In this document: one piece after another, positions 43,501 through 57,205 of the stretch
Position numbering within the stretch: position 1 is the first letter of the stretch
How the letters are laid out: every line of letters begins with the position of its first letter
From: Eledone cirrhosa
Lineage: Eukaryota
Assembly (NCBI GenBank): GCA_964016885.1
Contig: OZ024742.1
Location: 310,000,001 to 310,064,000 of the forward strand
Direction: 5' to 3'
Length of the DNA: 64,000 bases
Program-made: the position numbers and the translations under genes
Notes under the pieces: model-generated
Databases searched by the model: none
The model's input: the letters and a program-made list of their open reading frames with translations, nothing else
What the model was told of the DNA's origin: nothing

Positions 43501-43890
43501 CTGGCGAACAACTGATTCGTTTTTTCAAATATCATTTTGGAAGAAGAATCAGGATGGAGAGAGAGGTGCTGTACCCCAGCAAATTTTATAAAAGGTGGGT
43601 GAATGTGGCAAAGATGGCCCGAGTGGTTGGGCCTTCTCTCTATATAAGCCTGTAGGTTGAGGCAAAAGAGGAAGAGAAGAAGAGAGTACTCACTCTTGGT
43701 GCTCCTGGAGATGAGGGTTGTACATCTTTTCAGGATGTGTACAACCCCTGTGTAACGCCTCCTCAATATTGGGGATTTCAATTGTTATTTGTTATTTTAT
43801 TAATAGTTTTATTTTCATATACCTGTATATAAACTCCCGATTTGTATTTGTCCCCTTCTTTTGTACCCTTGTGGCTAATAAAGAAATTTA
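40560..43890 (+). mobile_element. 5'-truncated, degraded Tx1/L1-like LINE (ORF2 only)
   Basis: APE tail (DWNG.LD, SDH, GPGYWKLN), KSPGFDGLPYEF, FRPITLLN, KAFDRVDH, GGLGMP, CPRC..H..HC; AATAAA then (TATC)n. Confidence 0.9.
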
Positions 43891-44174
43891 TCTATCTATC
43901 TATCTGCCTGTCTGTCTGTCTATCTATCTATCTGCCTGTGATTATCTAGCTGTCGTCTGTTCGATAGCGTAGACGTAATTCACTTCGCGCCGAAGTTTTG
44001 TTCCAATTTATTGCGGAAATTTTGTAAGTTTAATTTCAATTTTGATACTATTGTGTAGCTTGACCCCCCGTCTGAACTGTCAGGCGGTGGGTCAGCTCAT
44101 TTTCGCCCCTCCCAGGGGTGAAAAACCTGTTTTTAAAAAATTTTGTTGCATAAAATTTCAATCGTCTGGGAGAA

Positions 44175-45876
44175 ATGTTAAATGAAGCTAACGAAAATAG
44201 TGGTGGGGGGACAGCGGTAAGAGTTGTAAGCTCGCACGCTTTAGTCCCCCCTTCCTTCCCAACTAACGTCATAGAGAAGGAAAGAAAAAATAAAATAAAA
44301 ACAGACGAATGTGCGGAGAAAAATGTCGACAAAAACACAAATCTGGAGATTGATTCCAACAACAAAAAAAATTTTGAAAGAATTGCATGACAATATTAAT
44401 ACCACAAACAAAGAAACAACAAATACAAAAATAACATTTGAAAACAACAACATCATAACAGAAAGCAAAACAGACGACAAAGTCAACACCAATAACATCT
44501 CATTTGCACAAACAACAAAAAAATCTTTAACGTACATACCTGAAAATATTTCAGATGTGGCACAAAGAATAACAAACGCCAAACAATTCATAACTCAAGG
44601 GGAAAATGGAGCCTTGTCGGTAAAAATGTCCCAAGAACTCACCAAAGATATTGAAAGTCGGACGGTCGTTTTCCGCACCATCAACAACATCTCAAAAAAG
44701 CCGCAACAACCAACACAAGTAGAAATTAAAGCGGTACTTAGAGAAGTATTTAATGAAGCCACTTTCATAAGAAGAGACAGGCTGTATGGAAGCCTGGCCA
44801 TTATTATGAAGAACGAATCGGCGGCGAAAAAATATGCTTTGTCGCCGATTCGTTCGACAAATTTTACCTTTTATCCATCTTATATGGGTAAAAGAACTCA
44901 GCGCATATGGCTGGATGCGATGATGCCAGATATGGACTACTGCTGGCTCATAGCTGGCTTCATCGATCCAGCGAATGACAACGTGATTTCCATTGGGAAA
45001 ACCACAGGCAATGCGTTCAGTGGAACAGGTATAGAACTTGTAGTGCAAATGAAGCCTGAACGCATTGCCCAAATACCCGACAGAATCCTATTAGAGGGCC
45101 ACGGGTATATAAACATTAGCGTGGAGGGGAGAAGGCCGTCCTGTCATATCTGTGCAGGCAGAGGGCACCTGAAGGCGGCTTGTCCCCAACTCAACAAGAA
45201 GAAAACCCTGCTACCAACACCAGCTCCACCACCACCACCACAACAGATAAACAAACAACAAAACTCAGTCCCACCCAACCCGTCCCTCAGTAAAACCACA
45301 CCACCACCACAGCACAAACAGACACAACACATTACCCAAAAACAAAACACAGTCCCACCCAACCCCTCACTCAATAAAACAACACAACCACCGCAGCCAC
45401 AACACAGTCTAACATAGTGACATCCATCTCCCCCCACAAAGAAAACTAACACGGAAACACTACCAGCAAACATACCTCTTCCCTCCAACACTGAAGATAA
45501 CCCAAAGAATTCGGAGGAAGAAACGGAGTCCTTCAGACAGATTAAAAGGAAAAAAAGAAAACATGTGCAAAACACACAAGGCCAAACAGCCCCTACCCAA
45601 ATGTCAACACAATCCAACAAAACACAAAACACCCCTCCAGCAACAAAGAAAACCAAACCTGCCCCTCCCTTCTTCGAAACACTCACACCATCCGAAAAAA
45701 AGACATTACACTATACTTACATCAACAGAAACAATAATAAATTAAATGAACTCATAAACAATAACCCTTCGGTACAAACCGAAGAGGTAAACTTTGTTTT
45801 TTTCAGAAAACAACCCACAATTAAAATTAATAAAGGTCCCAATGAACCTCTACCAAAAACTAAAAAAGGATTTTAA
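44175..45876 (+). pseudogene. LINE ORF1 (gag-like, CCHC zinc knuckle), interrupted
   Basis: EGRRPSCHICAGRGHLKAACP; in-frame TAG-TGA at 45415-45420; probable 5' frameshift. Confidence 0.75.
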
Positions 45877-46091
45877 GGAAGACGTAGGACCAACCTCTGT
45901 CAAACCCATAAACCGCGTCCTCCTAAAAAGCTTTCCCCCTCCCCTTCCCCTCCCCAACACACACTGACGACCCCACACCACCACAAGACACCCCTTCACC
46001 CAACATCCCCGACCCCATGGAAGTCGTGCGACCCGAACCCCGGGAAGCAGAAAGGTAGGTCTCTACACTCTCCTTTGGCTTTGCCGCCCAC

Positions 46092-49000
46092 ATGGATGTG
46101 TTAAGAGTAGGATGTTTGAATGCACGTGGCCTGGGCTCAACTTGGAAGCAAGCAAAGCTTCTAAATGACCTCAGGTCACGTGGTATAAATATAATGGTTA
46201 TCTGTGAGACTCGGATCAGCGTGGTGCGGCAGCTGGCCCCTACCTTCGATGACTTTGAGGTGCACGCATCTCTCTGTCAACCTGGAGGTGGGGGTGGGGT
46301 TGTCGTACTGCTGGAAAAACACCTGGGTCTCGCCGTACAGGTTGTTCACTCGGACCGGGAAGGTCGTTTGTTGGTGCTAGACGTTGGCAGTAGTGGAGGT
46401 GCGGCCTTGAGACTGGTCGCCGTCTACTCCCCTTTCGGAGCTGAACGACCCGACTTCTTCCAGCGTCTGGAGACTTTTCTGGGAACGTCGCGTTCCCTGC
46501 TTCTAGCGGGGGACTGGAATGACATCCTAGATGCACGTTGGGACTATGCAGGAGCATGTCCTAATAGAGGGGGTGTAACAGCCTCAAGGGGTTACTTGAC
46601 CATTTTAACTTGGTCGATAGATATCGACTAGATTTTCCAACTGTGCCAACCTGGACTTGGACGAACCACAGTGGTCAATCTAGATCGTACTTAGATAGAT
46701 TCTTAGTTAGAAGTAAGGATAGGGACATATTAAGCTGTCCAGAAATGCTCACGGTTGGCTATACAGATCACAAATTAGTGACCTGCGTAGTCAACCTCGA
46801 GAGACACATAGACAGGGTCCCGGTTACTGGAAACTTAATTTGTCTTTACCGGCAAAAGAGGCTTACAGAGACCGGATTAGCAGATTAGTTAAGGAGAGGT
46901 TGACGGGTGCAATCGTCAACAACCGATGGTGGGCATCTCTCAAAAGAGAGATTAGAACAGAATCAATAAGTTATAGCAAGATGTTAGCTGCCGATAGGAA
47001 TAGGAACGAGAAAGAATTAACAGGTAAATTAGAAGAAGCAATCAAGAGCGAAGATGTGGCCAGAGTGCTGGCATCGAGGACGGCCTTGAGCCAGTTTTTC
47101 GATGCAAAGCACGAAGGCTGCGTCATTCGAAGTAAAATACGTGCTCTAGGTAATGAGGGGGCCAAAGCCGTTGGCTGGGCCCGCGTGACAGAAGCTAAGA
47201 GTGGAAATCGATCCACCATCCGGTCCTTGCAAGACGAGGATGGACGGGTGATCCGGGAGCCTAAGCAGATGTGCGAGGCCTTTCAAAGGCACTTTGCCCG
47301 ATTGTTCGGAGGAGGCGAGGGTCCGGGCGGGCACGTGGATTTCGGTCCATACCTCGACGGCCTGCCGCGTCTCTCGAGCGAAGAGGCAGAGTCCTGCGAG
47401 GGACCAATCTCGGCTTATGAGATCGGAGATGCGCTGAGCCAATGCAGCAGACGCAAATCTCCAGGTCTCGATGGTATACCTTACGAACTTTATTTAGCAA
47501 TGCCGGTCTTCTTCTCCGAACTCCTCGAAGCAGTCTACTGCAATTGGCAGCAGAACGCGAGAATTCCTTGTTCTGTAGCCAAGGGCGTAGTCTCGCTGGT
47601 GAGGAAGGACGAGAACAAGGGGGATAGTATAAATAATTTTCGGCCCATAACCCTGCTAAACACAGAGTTAAAGATTTTGGCGAAGGTGTTAGCAAAGAGG
47701 TTGGCGCTTGTCGTGGGTGGCCTGGTGGGAGATGCGCAGACATGTGCTATCCCATCCAGGTCCATTCACGACAACATCCACCCCATGCGATACATCATAG
47801 AGAGGGTTGGCAACAAACCCGGCTTCGGTGGGACCCTGATCAACTTGGATCAGTTTAAGGCGTTCGATAGGGTCGACCATGGTTACCTGGATGCGGTGCT
47901 AGCGGCGGCTGGGTTCGGTCCTGTTTTCAGAGGCTGGATCACTGCCTTACATAGCAACCACATCTGTTCTAGGATCAAGGTGAACGGCTACCTTTCGAAG
48001 CCGTTCGAAATCACACGATCCATTCGACAGGGATGCCCTCTCTCCTCCCTTCTGTACGTATTGACTCTCGAGCCTTTACTGAGGAAGTTGGAGTTGTTGC
48101 AGGGTATCCCCCTGGAACCAGGATTGAGCAAAGCGGTGTCGGCCTACGCCGGTGACGTAACAGTAATGGTATCGATCGACTCGGATATCGAGGCGATCGG
48201 TACCTTACTGGAGGAATACGAAAGGTTGTCAGGAGCGAAACTGAACCGGGAAAAATCCATCGGGCTGCAACTCGGAACGTGGAGAGGCAGACGATGCCTC
48301 CCGACGGTGTCGTCGGACACTGGACGGAGGGCCCGGTGAAGTTTCTTGGGGTCTGGTTTGGACCGGACCTCCAGGTGGAAAAGAACTGGGGCGAGGTTAC
48401 GAGCAAGGTGTTTGCACTGATCCAGAAATGGGCCAAGTGTAAGCTGTCCCTGAAAGGTCGGGCGGAGGTGGCGAACATTTACATAGCATCCGTCACCTAC
48501 TACCGCCTGACTGTCGTGCCTTGCCCTAAGGAAACACTCACCACCATGGAACGCATGCTCTTTCAATTTCTTTGGAAGAAGCGCCCTCCTATGGTGAGAA
48601 GATCCATCTGCTGCCAACAACCTTCGAAAGGAGGGCTGGGGATGCCATGGTTGATGATGCGTAGGCACGCATTAAGGCTACGGCACCTACAGGTATTCCT
48701 CACTGGTCAACCAGTGTGGGCTCTGTTCGTGAGACGAGCCTTTCCGAGACTCGTCTCGCTCACCGAGCTGCAGTCCTGGGTCAAGCAAAGATCCAGAAAA
48801 CTGGGCGACTGGCACACTGAGTGTGCCCAGGCGCTCAGGGCTCTCTGGCAAGCGGACCCGGCCATCGGTGGAGAATCCACCTCGTCATTCTATAGAGGGC
48901 TGGTGGCTAGCAGGGGCGATGACACCCTTGGAGAGTCGCTGGACATGGAAGTCACTGGCCTGGCAGTGCTACCGGGGGGCTCTACCCGTTCGAGAAAAGC

Positions 49001-49461
49001 TCTACAGACACGGGCGCCCGGGCAGGGATCCCTCGAAAAAGATTTTCCCTAGATGCGTGCGTCACGAAGAAACCGTTGAGCACGCATTGGTGCACTGTCC
49101 GGGCGTGGCTGATCTGTGGGGCTACGCCGAACGACTGCTGTCGCGGGTGGCGCCGATTCGATTGACCGCCGAGTCCATGATAACATTCAAGCCGCCTCCC
49201 CTCTTTACAAAGGAAGCAAAGGCGGTTTTTCTGTGCGTAATAGCCATGTTAAAAGAGGTTGTTTGGTGGACACGATTGAAAAGTCTGAGGTCAGGCAACT
49301 TCCTCTCTGGCCATAGTCTGGTCTACTTCTTCCGATATCACTTCGGAAGAAGGATAAGAATGGAGAGAGAGGTCCTTGGCCACAGGCAGTTTTATGAAAG
49401 GTGGGTGATAGTGGCGAGAATGGCTCGTGTAAATGGGCCTTCTCTGTATACCATCCTGTAG
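46092..49461 (+). pseudogene. LINE ORF2: AP endonuclease, RT and Zn finger, with multiple frameshifts
   Basis: LNARGL, ICET, VYSP, AGDWN, YLDRF, TDH, RQGCPLS, YAGD (mutated YADD). Confidence 0.92.
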
Positions 49462-50199
49462 GTAAAGAAGTGAAGGAGAGGGGGCACCTTCTCCATGTGC
49501 TCCCTGGGCAAAGGATTGCACACTTTTTCGGGGGGGTGTGCAACCCCCATCACGTCCCCTCCCTTTTGAGGTTGTTCTTGATTATTTTCATTTTATACCC
49601 TTTTTACTCGGTTTTATGTAAACTCCCCCTTTGTATTTGTCCCTTCTTTTTATGCCTTTATGGTAAATAAAGAAATATATCTATCTATCTGCCTGTCTGT
49701 CTGTCTATGTATATATTTATCTATTTATCTATCTACCTATCTACCTATCTATCTATTAAACTTTCTTACTCCTCACATCTTCCTCTTGCTCCCAATTTAT
49801 ATACAGTTACTTGCCAAAATGCCCTCCCCTCTCTCTCTTTGTGCGTGCGCAGGTGTGTTTAATTGAATCAGGTGAACTATCAATTACCAAATGTTCTTTG
49901 GTTTATCATCCTCGTATTATATTTTCCCATCGAGAATAAATCGATGTTTATTACAATTATTGGGCATACTGTCCTTAATAAATTGACAGTAATCATTGTA
50001 ATATTATATCCATTTATATTTCCATAAGAAATATATATTATAAACTTTTCTTAACTTCGAGAGTCGAGAGGCGAGTTGCGTAATCTCTTTACTGCTAAAG
50101 TTTCTGTAGTTAATGTTTCACAGAGTCATCCAATATATGTTTATATATATATTCAAAAGTATGCTTCTCAATAGATACTCCTATAGTAAATTTCTTTCA

Positions 50200-50600
50200 C
50201 CCAGACACGAATATCTGATGCTATGAACCAAACAGGATGGATACTAACAAATACCAAAGCTGCAAACCGGAATTAATGTGTCTGAAGTGAAAACATACAA
50301 CCGACCTAATTGTGAGGTGTCTAAGTATCTATTAGAAGACCAAGAATTCCACTTCAAAGAAGGTCTCATTTTCAAAATTGAAAATGACTTCTGGTGCAAC
50401 TCAGAAAATTTAATAGATATATTATATCATGTAAGGGTTGTCATGAAAACTACATTGGACAAACCCGTTCAACACTCCGACTAAGACGACGATTCACTGC
50501 CACAAATTTATGATCCATACACAAGAAAAATGCATCTTAGCCAACATATAGAGGAATGCGGAGGACGAACTTTACCAAAAATTCTATTGCACCTTCTTCT
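50200..50600 (+). pseudogene. Old Neptune-type PLE GIY-YIG fragment
   Basis: VKTYNRPNC..FHFKEG..F.CNSENLI resembles 9230-9400. Confidence 0.7.
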
Positions 50601-50837
50601 TGCTACGTATGTATTTTGAAAAAAAATTTTATTCGTTATAAAAATTAAATGAAAGCATTGTAGTTGTGAGTGAGCCCCTTTTGTCTCTTAGCAACCAATA
50701 TTTTTAGACCCAGTCCGCTACTGTATTATATATATATATATAGGTAGAACACTGGAAGGTAATATCCGTAGAGGTAGAGCACTCAGTCCATGGGACGAGT
50801 TTGGTGGAAGTAGTAACACAACAGTTAGTTCACCATA

Positions 50838-50872
50838 CTGAGAACAATTGTTTCACCTTATGCGGATCTTCA
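50838..50872 (-). ncRNA. 5'-truncated hammerhead remnant
   Basis: Minus strand: (TA)TGAAGA-tCC..GGt-GAAA-CAATTG-TT-CTCAG; C3 and the 5' strand of stem I are lost. Confidence 0.5.
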
Positions 50873-50879
50873 TATATAT

Positions 50880-51058
50880 ATAACGAAGGAAGTGTGGTAA
50901 GGAACCAGATGGACCATAACGCACCAGAGTACTCGATACTTTGAGTAGTAGAGTGGGAAATAGGAAAATGTTTAACCCCGACGGCAGAGCTCAAACCGTT
51001 TCGACGGCTCTTTCTGGACGTCGAAATGGCTTGAGCTCTGCCGTCGGGGCTAAACATA

Positions 51059-51064
<6 letters not shown>
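50880..51064 (-). mobile_element. Short inverted pLTR insertion of the Naiad-like family
   Basis: Matches 58421-58560; inverted arm ~51020-51064. Confidence 0.85.
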
Positions 51065-51108
<44 letters not shown>

Positions 51109-51509
51109 CGTGTTGGCGTTTTTGCATACAGTTTGTGCATTTTCGAATCTAATGTGTGGCTGATAAAGCCTATTTATGTGTGTGGGTGGATATATAATTA
51201 CCATGTATTTAGAAAGCCAATTATCAAATATCAAAAAGATTTTATCACCTGACCTCTTCATAACTCAAACAAGACCTTCTTCTGCTATGGTCAAATACTG
51301 TGTTCACAGTTTAGGAAAACTAACATTTCGGGTATTATATTATATATATATATGTACACACACACACACAATATATATATGTATATGTGTACATGTATAA
51401 ATATATATACATAAATGCATGTATATATATATATATGCATATATATTTGTATAAATGTATATATAAATATATACACACATAAATGAATAAACATATATAT
51501 ATATATATA

Positions 51510-51565
<56 letters not shown>

Positions 51566-51915
51566 TATATACATATATATGTATATATGTACGCTCATAT
51601 CATTCAAGAAGACATTCAAGGTCTACCTGTGAAGATGGTACGAAGGAAGTGACTACTTCACACCATCTTGCCTAGCTTCCCTTCAGAGGAAGCAACCCAT
51701 CATCTGATAAAGACTAGATTTATCAAGTAAATCTGAAGTACACAGCTGACCCTGTTTCAGATCATCTTCCAACTAGTTATCTAACATAATAGTTGTTAGA
51801 AGAAATGAGTTGATTGTTCTTTTATTCGAGTGGAATCACCTCACGGCAATTGATAGGAATCCGGTGGAAAGAATGGATTAGATTTCCTCCACAACTTATG
51901 AGCTACTCCTTAGGT

Positions 51916-52099
51916 CAGGGTTTCCCAAGCCTTTTCAAACGCAGAACCCTTTTTGGTTCAAGAACCTTTGGGAGAACCCGAAAGTCTAGTACTGTTATAT
52001 GATCGTAATATAGATATACTCCTCCACTTTTTTTCACGAAACCCCAGACACAACTTTGCAGAATCCTTGGTTCCGCGGAACTTAATTTGGGAAACACTG
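51916..52099. mobile_element. hAT-type MITE
   Basis: TIRs CAGGGTTTCCCAA / TTGGGAAACACTG; TSD CCTTAGGT / CCCTAGGT. Confidence 0.8.
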
Positions 52100-52379
52100 C
52101 CCTAGGTAATATAGGCCTGTGTCATGTTGTTTACCCTTACGTTAGTCATAATCATGCAGGCTTACCGATAAACAAATGCCTAGTAAGGAAAATGCCGTCT
52201 AATTAATGTATTTAATGGTAGGCATGTATTAGAGACACATGAATATTGTTTCTAGCAGGCTGAACTATCATATATAAGCCTCGGTTGCGACTAGCTTGGC
52301 TGTAGTTTGAAGTCGTTAAAATCCAAGTGAACCATAATCTATATAAATTTTCCAAATTTAACATAATTGAATTTTATCT

Positions 52380-52830
52380 ATCGGTAACTTTTTTCTTTTT
52401 ATTCAAAAAGTATTAGGTTTCGCCAGATATCAATTAAGAATTTGAATATCAAATCAGCAAAGATATGTATACGGGAAAGTCTTACATGCATTTTATAAAA
52501 CTTTATGAACAAGAAACGAAACAAAAATGTTAATTCTTTCGATGTAGTGGTGGGCAGCCTAGATTCTGCGAAAATTTGTGAGCTCATTGTTCTTTTTAAA
52601 GCAATATATTCAATAATTTTAAATGCACTCTATATGGAGATGGTGGATAATCATCTATGTAATATGAATGCGTAACAATTATATTTAGAAAAGATATCTT
52701 CGAACTATTTATTATTTAAGCCTAAAAATGGTGGTCGAAAGATTGTAAGAAATTGGCATATATTTAATTTTGTAGATATGATCTTAAATCTGAAACGAAA
52801 CAGATAAGCAGCTTCTAAAACTGAGAAACT
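52380..52830 (+). pseudogene. Highly degraded Naiad-like RT fragment
   Basis: FDVVVGSLDSAKICELI vs FDVSMGASDSAEITDLI; LYGDG vs LYRDDG. Confidence 0.6.
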
Positions 52831-53092
52831 GAAAGAAAAGTTACAATACCTGTATCAGTTGTTAGCTGTTGAGACACTGCATCCTACAAAACCTCCATGC
52901 TTCCCGAAATTCGCCAACTCTACACCTGATATTCCTTTTGCATACACACGCACACATGTGTGTATATCATGACTCATACACTGTTCACTTTCTTGACATT
53001 TTTATATTATTTATTTACTCTACATGCTCCTTTAATGAGTTGTAGTGCACCTGAGCACTGTACACAATAATTTTCATTATTATATAATGATA

Positions 53093-53287
53093 AGCGGTGG
53101 ATTGGCATTATCGGTAGAGGATCGGACGCCATGCTTTACAGCATAGAGTCATGTCTCTTTACGGCCTGAGTTCAAATCCCGCCGAGGTTAACTTTGCCTT
53201 TCATCCTTACGCGGTTGATAAAATAAAGTACCAGTAACGTACTGTGATAATTGCTGGCCTTGTGCCAAAAGTAGAAACAATTATTAT
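53093..53287 (+). mobile_element. SINE
   Basis: Family consensus. Confidence 0.85.
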
Positions 53288-53511
53288 ATAATAGATATTT
53301 ACAGTTTCAAATTGAATGCATGACATAATTAATTATTTAGTGAAAACTATTAGTATAAAATTATCCATTACAGTTATTTCTTCAATAGAGTAACCCGCTA
53401 CTAAGATAAAACATTGAAGGAAGACAGGATAATATGAAACTCGAAAATATATATTTGATGATTAGGAGTAATATGGAAAGCGTTACATACATTCTTGAGA
53501 CAATGCCTTAT

Positions 53512-54070
53512 ATCTTCTTCTTCTTCTTCTTCTTCTTCTTCTTCTTCTTGTCGTGGAGACAGAGCCCGTAAACAATCCTTCCAACGGGTCCTCTCAGAAG
53601 CAGCCGTCTCCAACTGATCCGGATGGATCCCCAAGCGTGACCAGCAAGATGGTTGAATAACATCCATGAGCTTGGTTGGTCACGCTTGGGGATCCAGCTG
53701 GATCAGTTGGAGACGGTTGCTTCTGACATGACCCGACCCGTTGGAAGGAGTGTTTTATGACTCTCCCCCCCCCACAACCCTGGGTTTCCTACAGGTTGGT
53801 TTTTCTTTTTCATTTTCTTTTTCTTCTTCTTCTTCCTGATAGGGTCAAGGAGGCAGAGTCCTCAAATATTTGTTCCAGCGGGTCCTGTCAGAAGCAACTG
53901 TCTCGAACTGATCTGGTGTATCCTCAAGCGGGGTCTGCTCCTGGGTCTCCTGCCGGTTGGTTTTGTTCGTAAAATCTGTCCAGTGATTATTTCCTGAGAC
54001 ATTCTAGCCTCATGCCCATAGTGTCAGAGCTGTGATCTCTCAATTCGGAGAAGTAGCGGCCCTTCTTGGA
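53512..54070 (-). pseudogene. RTE 3'-end fragments with (GAA)n tails, including a short inverted duplicate
   Basis: Similar to 39640-39990. Confidence 0.65.
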
Positions 54071-54412
54071 GTGAAAACCTAAAGCAAAAATATGAACAAT
54101 TAACAATCGAACATATATATTAGATGAACAAGGTGACCATTGCACGTGAGAAGATGGAATGTAATATACGTATTTTCTCTGAAGGTGAATTAATAAGTCT
54201 AAAGCATGAACTTAGGTAAGTTGTTGGGTGAGAAACTGTGTTACTTAAAACTATTACATAAAAGAACCACCATTAAACTCAAGTTTGCCTCTAACTCACA
54301 AGTTGTATATCGGAGAATGGAAGAAGACAACGTCGAAAAATCAAATCTCTCACTCTCACTATCTCTCACTTACACACACACAAATCTCTCTCTCTCTACC
54401 TCCTTCTCTGCT

Positions 54413-54508
<96 letters not shown>

Positions 54509-54869
54509 GTCTGTCTCTCTTTTTCTATCTCTGTATCAGGAAGATCTTTGATCCATTTAGTCTAAAATCTGAAATATAAAGGATTTGAACTTTTAAACAT
54601 TATGGTTGAATAGAATTAGGAAGGAATAAATGCAATATTCCCCCGAAACCTTCAAATTAGCTGTGCGAAATCTGTAGAATAAAAAGGTTCCAGGATATAA
54701 ATTAATAGTTGGATAATTGTATTAGATGTGACATGCTGTAAGAGGTCAATGACCTGTATGTTGAGAAGAAAATAAGGAAGGCAAAACTGACGTAGTAAAT
54801 AAAAACATCCATTGATAAAACAAGAATAGATGATTATTCTAAAACGGTCGACCAAAACAATTCCTCCAA

Positions 54870-54978
<109 letters not shown>

Positions 54979-55388
54979 TTATTCACACACATATTTATGA
55001 ACATCCAGTTGACATGAGGAACATGGGAACAATTTTAGGTTTGAAGCATAGTCGTCTCAATTTAAATGACCATAATAATAGTCGGTCACATACAGCGTTT
55101 GTTGGGAACTCTACACCTGACGGAGGCCGTCCCTCTCCAGGTCTGAGTACAACATATTTCTTCCAGAGAAAGATAGAAAGTGAGAGAGAGAGAGAGGAAA
55201 TGAGAAAGTAATATAGAGGAAGAATCGACCCCAGTACTACAATAGTACTTGTTTATCGACCTCGAAAGGATGAAAAACAAAGTTGATCTCGGTGTGATTT
55301 GAACTCAGAGAGCTGAAACGAAGGCCTTAAAGCATTCTATCCGACGTTCTAACGAATCTGCCAATTCACACACACACACACACACACA

Positions 55389-55873
55389 AATGCGAAGAAA
55401 TACCTATGATGGCTAGTAAACCACTGATGATGGATAGTCCTGGCTTCTATTTTTAATTCTTAATTTTTATTTTGTATATCACATTTGCCTCTTTCTCACA
55501 CTTTCACTCACTCACTCTCTGCTACTCACCCTCTCTCTCACTTCCTCCATCGTCCCACACCGTGCGAAATTCTTTTCTCGCTTACTTTTCGCACGGTTAA
55601 GATGTGTCTTTCGTCTTCTCGTCAATATTCGCAAGTTCTTATGTTCAAATGAATCATTGACTTGATTTTCTCACTTTTTCCTCTCTTTACGTTGCATCAC
55701 CATTCGTGTTTGTTTACCTGTCTCTCTTTCTCCACCCAATTCTTTTTATCCCAATAACTTATTTTAGTTATTGTTCGCGCTAGCCTGAGGTATCTGGTCT
55801 TTAATGCGAAGAAATACCTATGATGGCTAGTAGATCACTGATGATGGATAGTCCTATTTCTAATTCTTCATTT

Positions 55874-55880
<7 letters not shown>
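55389..55880 (+). mobile_element. 1.2 tandem units (414 bp) of the 'K-turn' family
   Basis: AATGCGAAGAAATACCTATGATGGCTAG at 55389 and 55803; ends in (TA)n. Confidence 0.7.
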
Positions 55881-55921
<41 letters not shown>

Positions 55922-55925
<4 letters not shown>

Positions 55926-56063
55926 CGAAGGAGTTGTGGTAAGGAACCAGATGGACCATAACTCACCAGAGTACTCAATACTTAGGGTAGTAGAGTGGGT
56001 AATAGGAAAATGTATGACCCCGACGGCAGAGCTCAAGCCGTTTCGACGGCTATTTCTGGACTG
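55922..56063 (-). mobile_element. Short pLTR 3' end of the Naiad-like family
   Basis: Matches 58421-58560. Confidence 0.85.
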
Positions 56064-56064
56064 A

Positions 56065-56140
<76 letters not shown>

Positions 56141-56144
<4 letters not shown>

Positions 56145-57205
56145 GTTTACATATATATATATCTATATATATATGTGTGTTTTGCAACGGGTCACTTTGT
56201 GGCTCAATGAAGAGTTAATAAATTAAATAATCAGCTATATATCATAAAACATGTCTATAGAATCACCAGATAAAATATATACCATTTCCTCTCCCAATTA
56301 GCATAATTAACCATATAAAAAATCGATTAGACCAAGCTATAAGAATAAAGGCTTCTATGAAGAAATCTCTGACAAATAACCGAAAGCAGCCCTTCGCGTC
56401 GGCTGCGACGGAGTATTTATCGAGTATTTCGACAGCGTGTATAAATCGCTCAGATATACAGTCAACTAAACAGAATTAGGTGTAAAATAAACTAGGAGAA
56501 AAGTGAACATATTTAGTTACCCCTACCATGGTTTCGTCCGCATTTTAAGATATCCGATAACATCGGACATCTAGAGCACCGGACTATTTAGGAAGTTAGC
56601 TCAAATTTAGACAATAAATTTTCCAAAGTGATCGCGCCAAGAATACATTCAAAAATGGCTAAGAATCGTGACGTAGCAGCGGTCAGGTTAGAAAGAATGT
56701 GATTAGTTGCTTACGGCTGGTGGCCTTTTGCTAGAAAGCGCAGCACAATACAGCCAAAATTGTATCTCAACCTAAGGGAGATGATTACATATAAAGGTTT
56801 ACATATATATATATATATCTATATATATATCTATATATATATCTATATGTGTTTTGCAACGGGTCACTTTGTGGCTCAATGAAGAGTTAATAAATTAAAT
56901 AATCAGAGCTATATATCATAAAACATGTCTATAGAATCACCAGATAAAATATATACCGTTTCCTCTCCCAATTAGCATAATTAACCATATAAAAAATCGA
57001 TTAGACCAAGCTATAAGAATAAAGGCTTTATGAAGAAATCTCCGATAAATAACCGAAAGCAGCCCTTCGCGTCGGTTGTGACGATTTCTTCATAGAACCC
57101 TTTATTCTTATAGCTTGGTCTAATCGATTTTTTATATGGTTAATTATGCTAATCAGGAGAGGAAATGGTATATATTTTATCTGGTGATTCTATAGACATG
57201 TTTTA

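Larger units (their letters stand above)
43940..49677 (+). mobile_element. Apparently full-length Tx1/L1-like LINE, inactivated
   Basis: ORF1 plus ORF2, 3' UTR with AATAAA, 19-bp direct repeat TATCTATCTATCTGCCTGT on both sides. Confidence 0.9.

Noticed and set aside
55819-55850. SECIS, SAM-I riboswitch, snoRNA or type II HHR reading of the K-turn motif
   Set aside because: Wrong strand order and helix length for SECIS, no SAM-I P3/P4, no upstream box C, and no GAAA next to a pairing stem II
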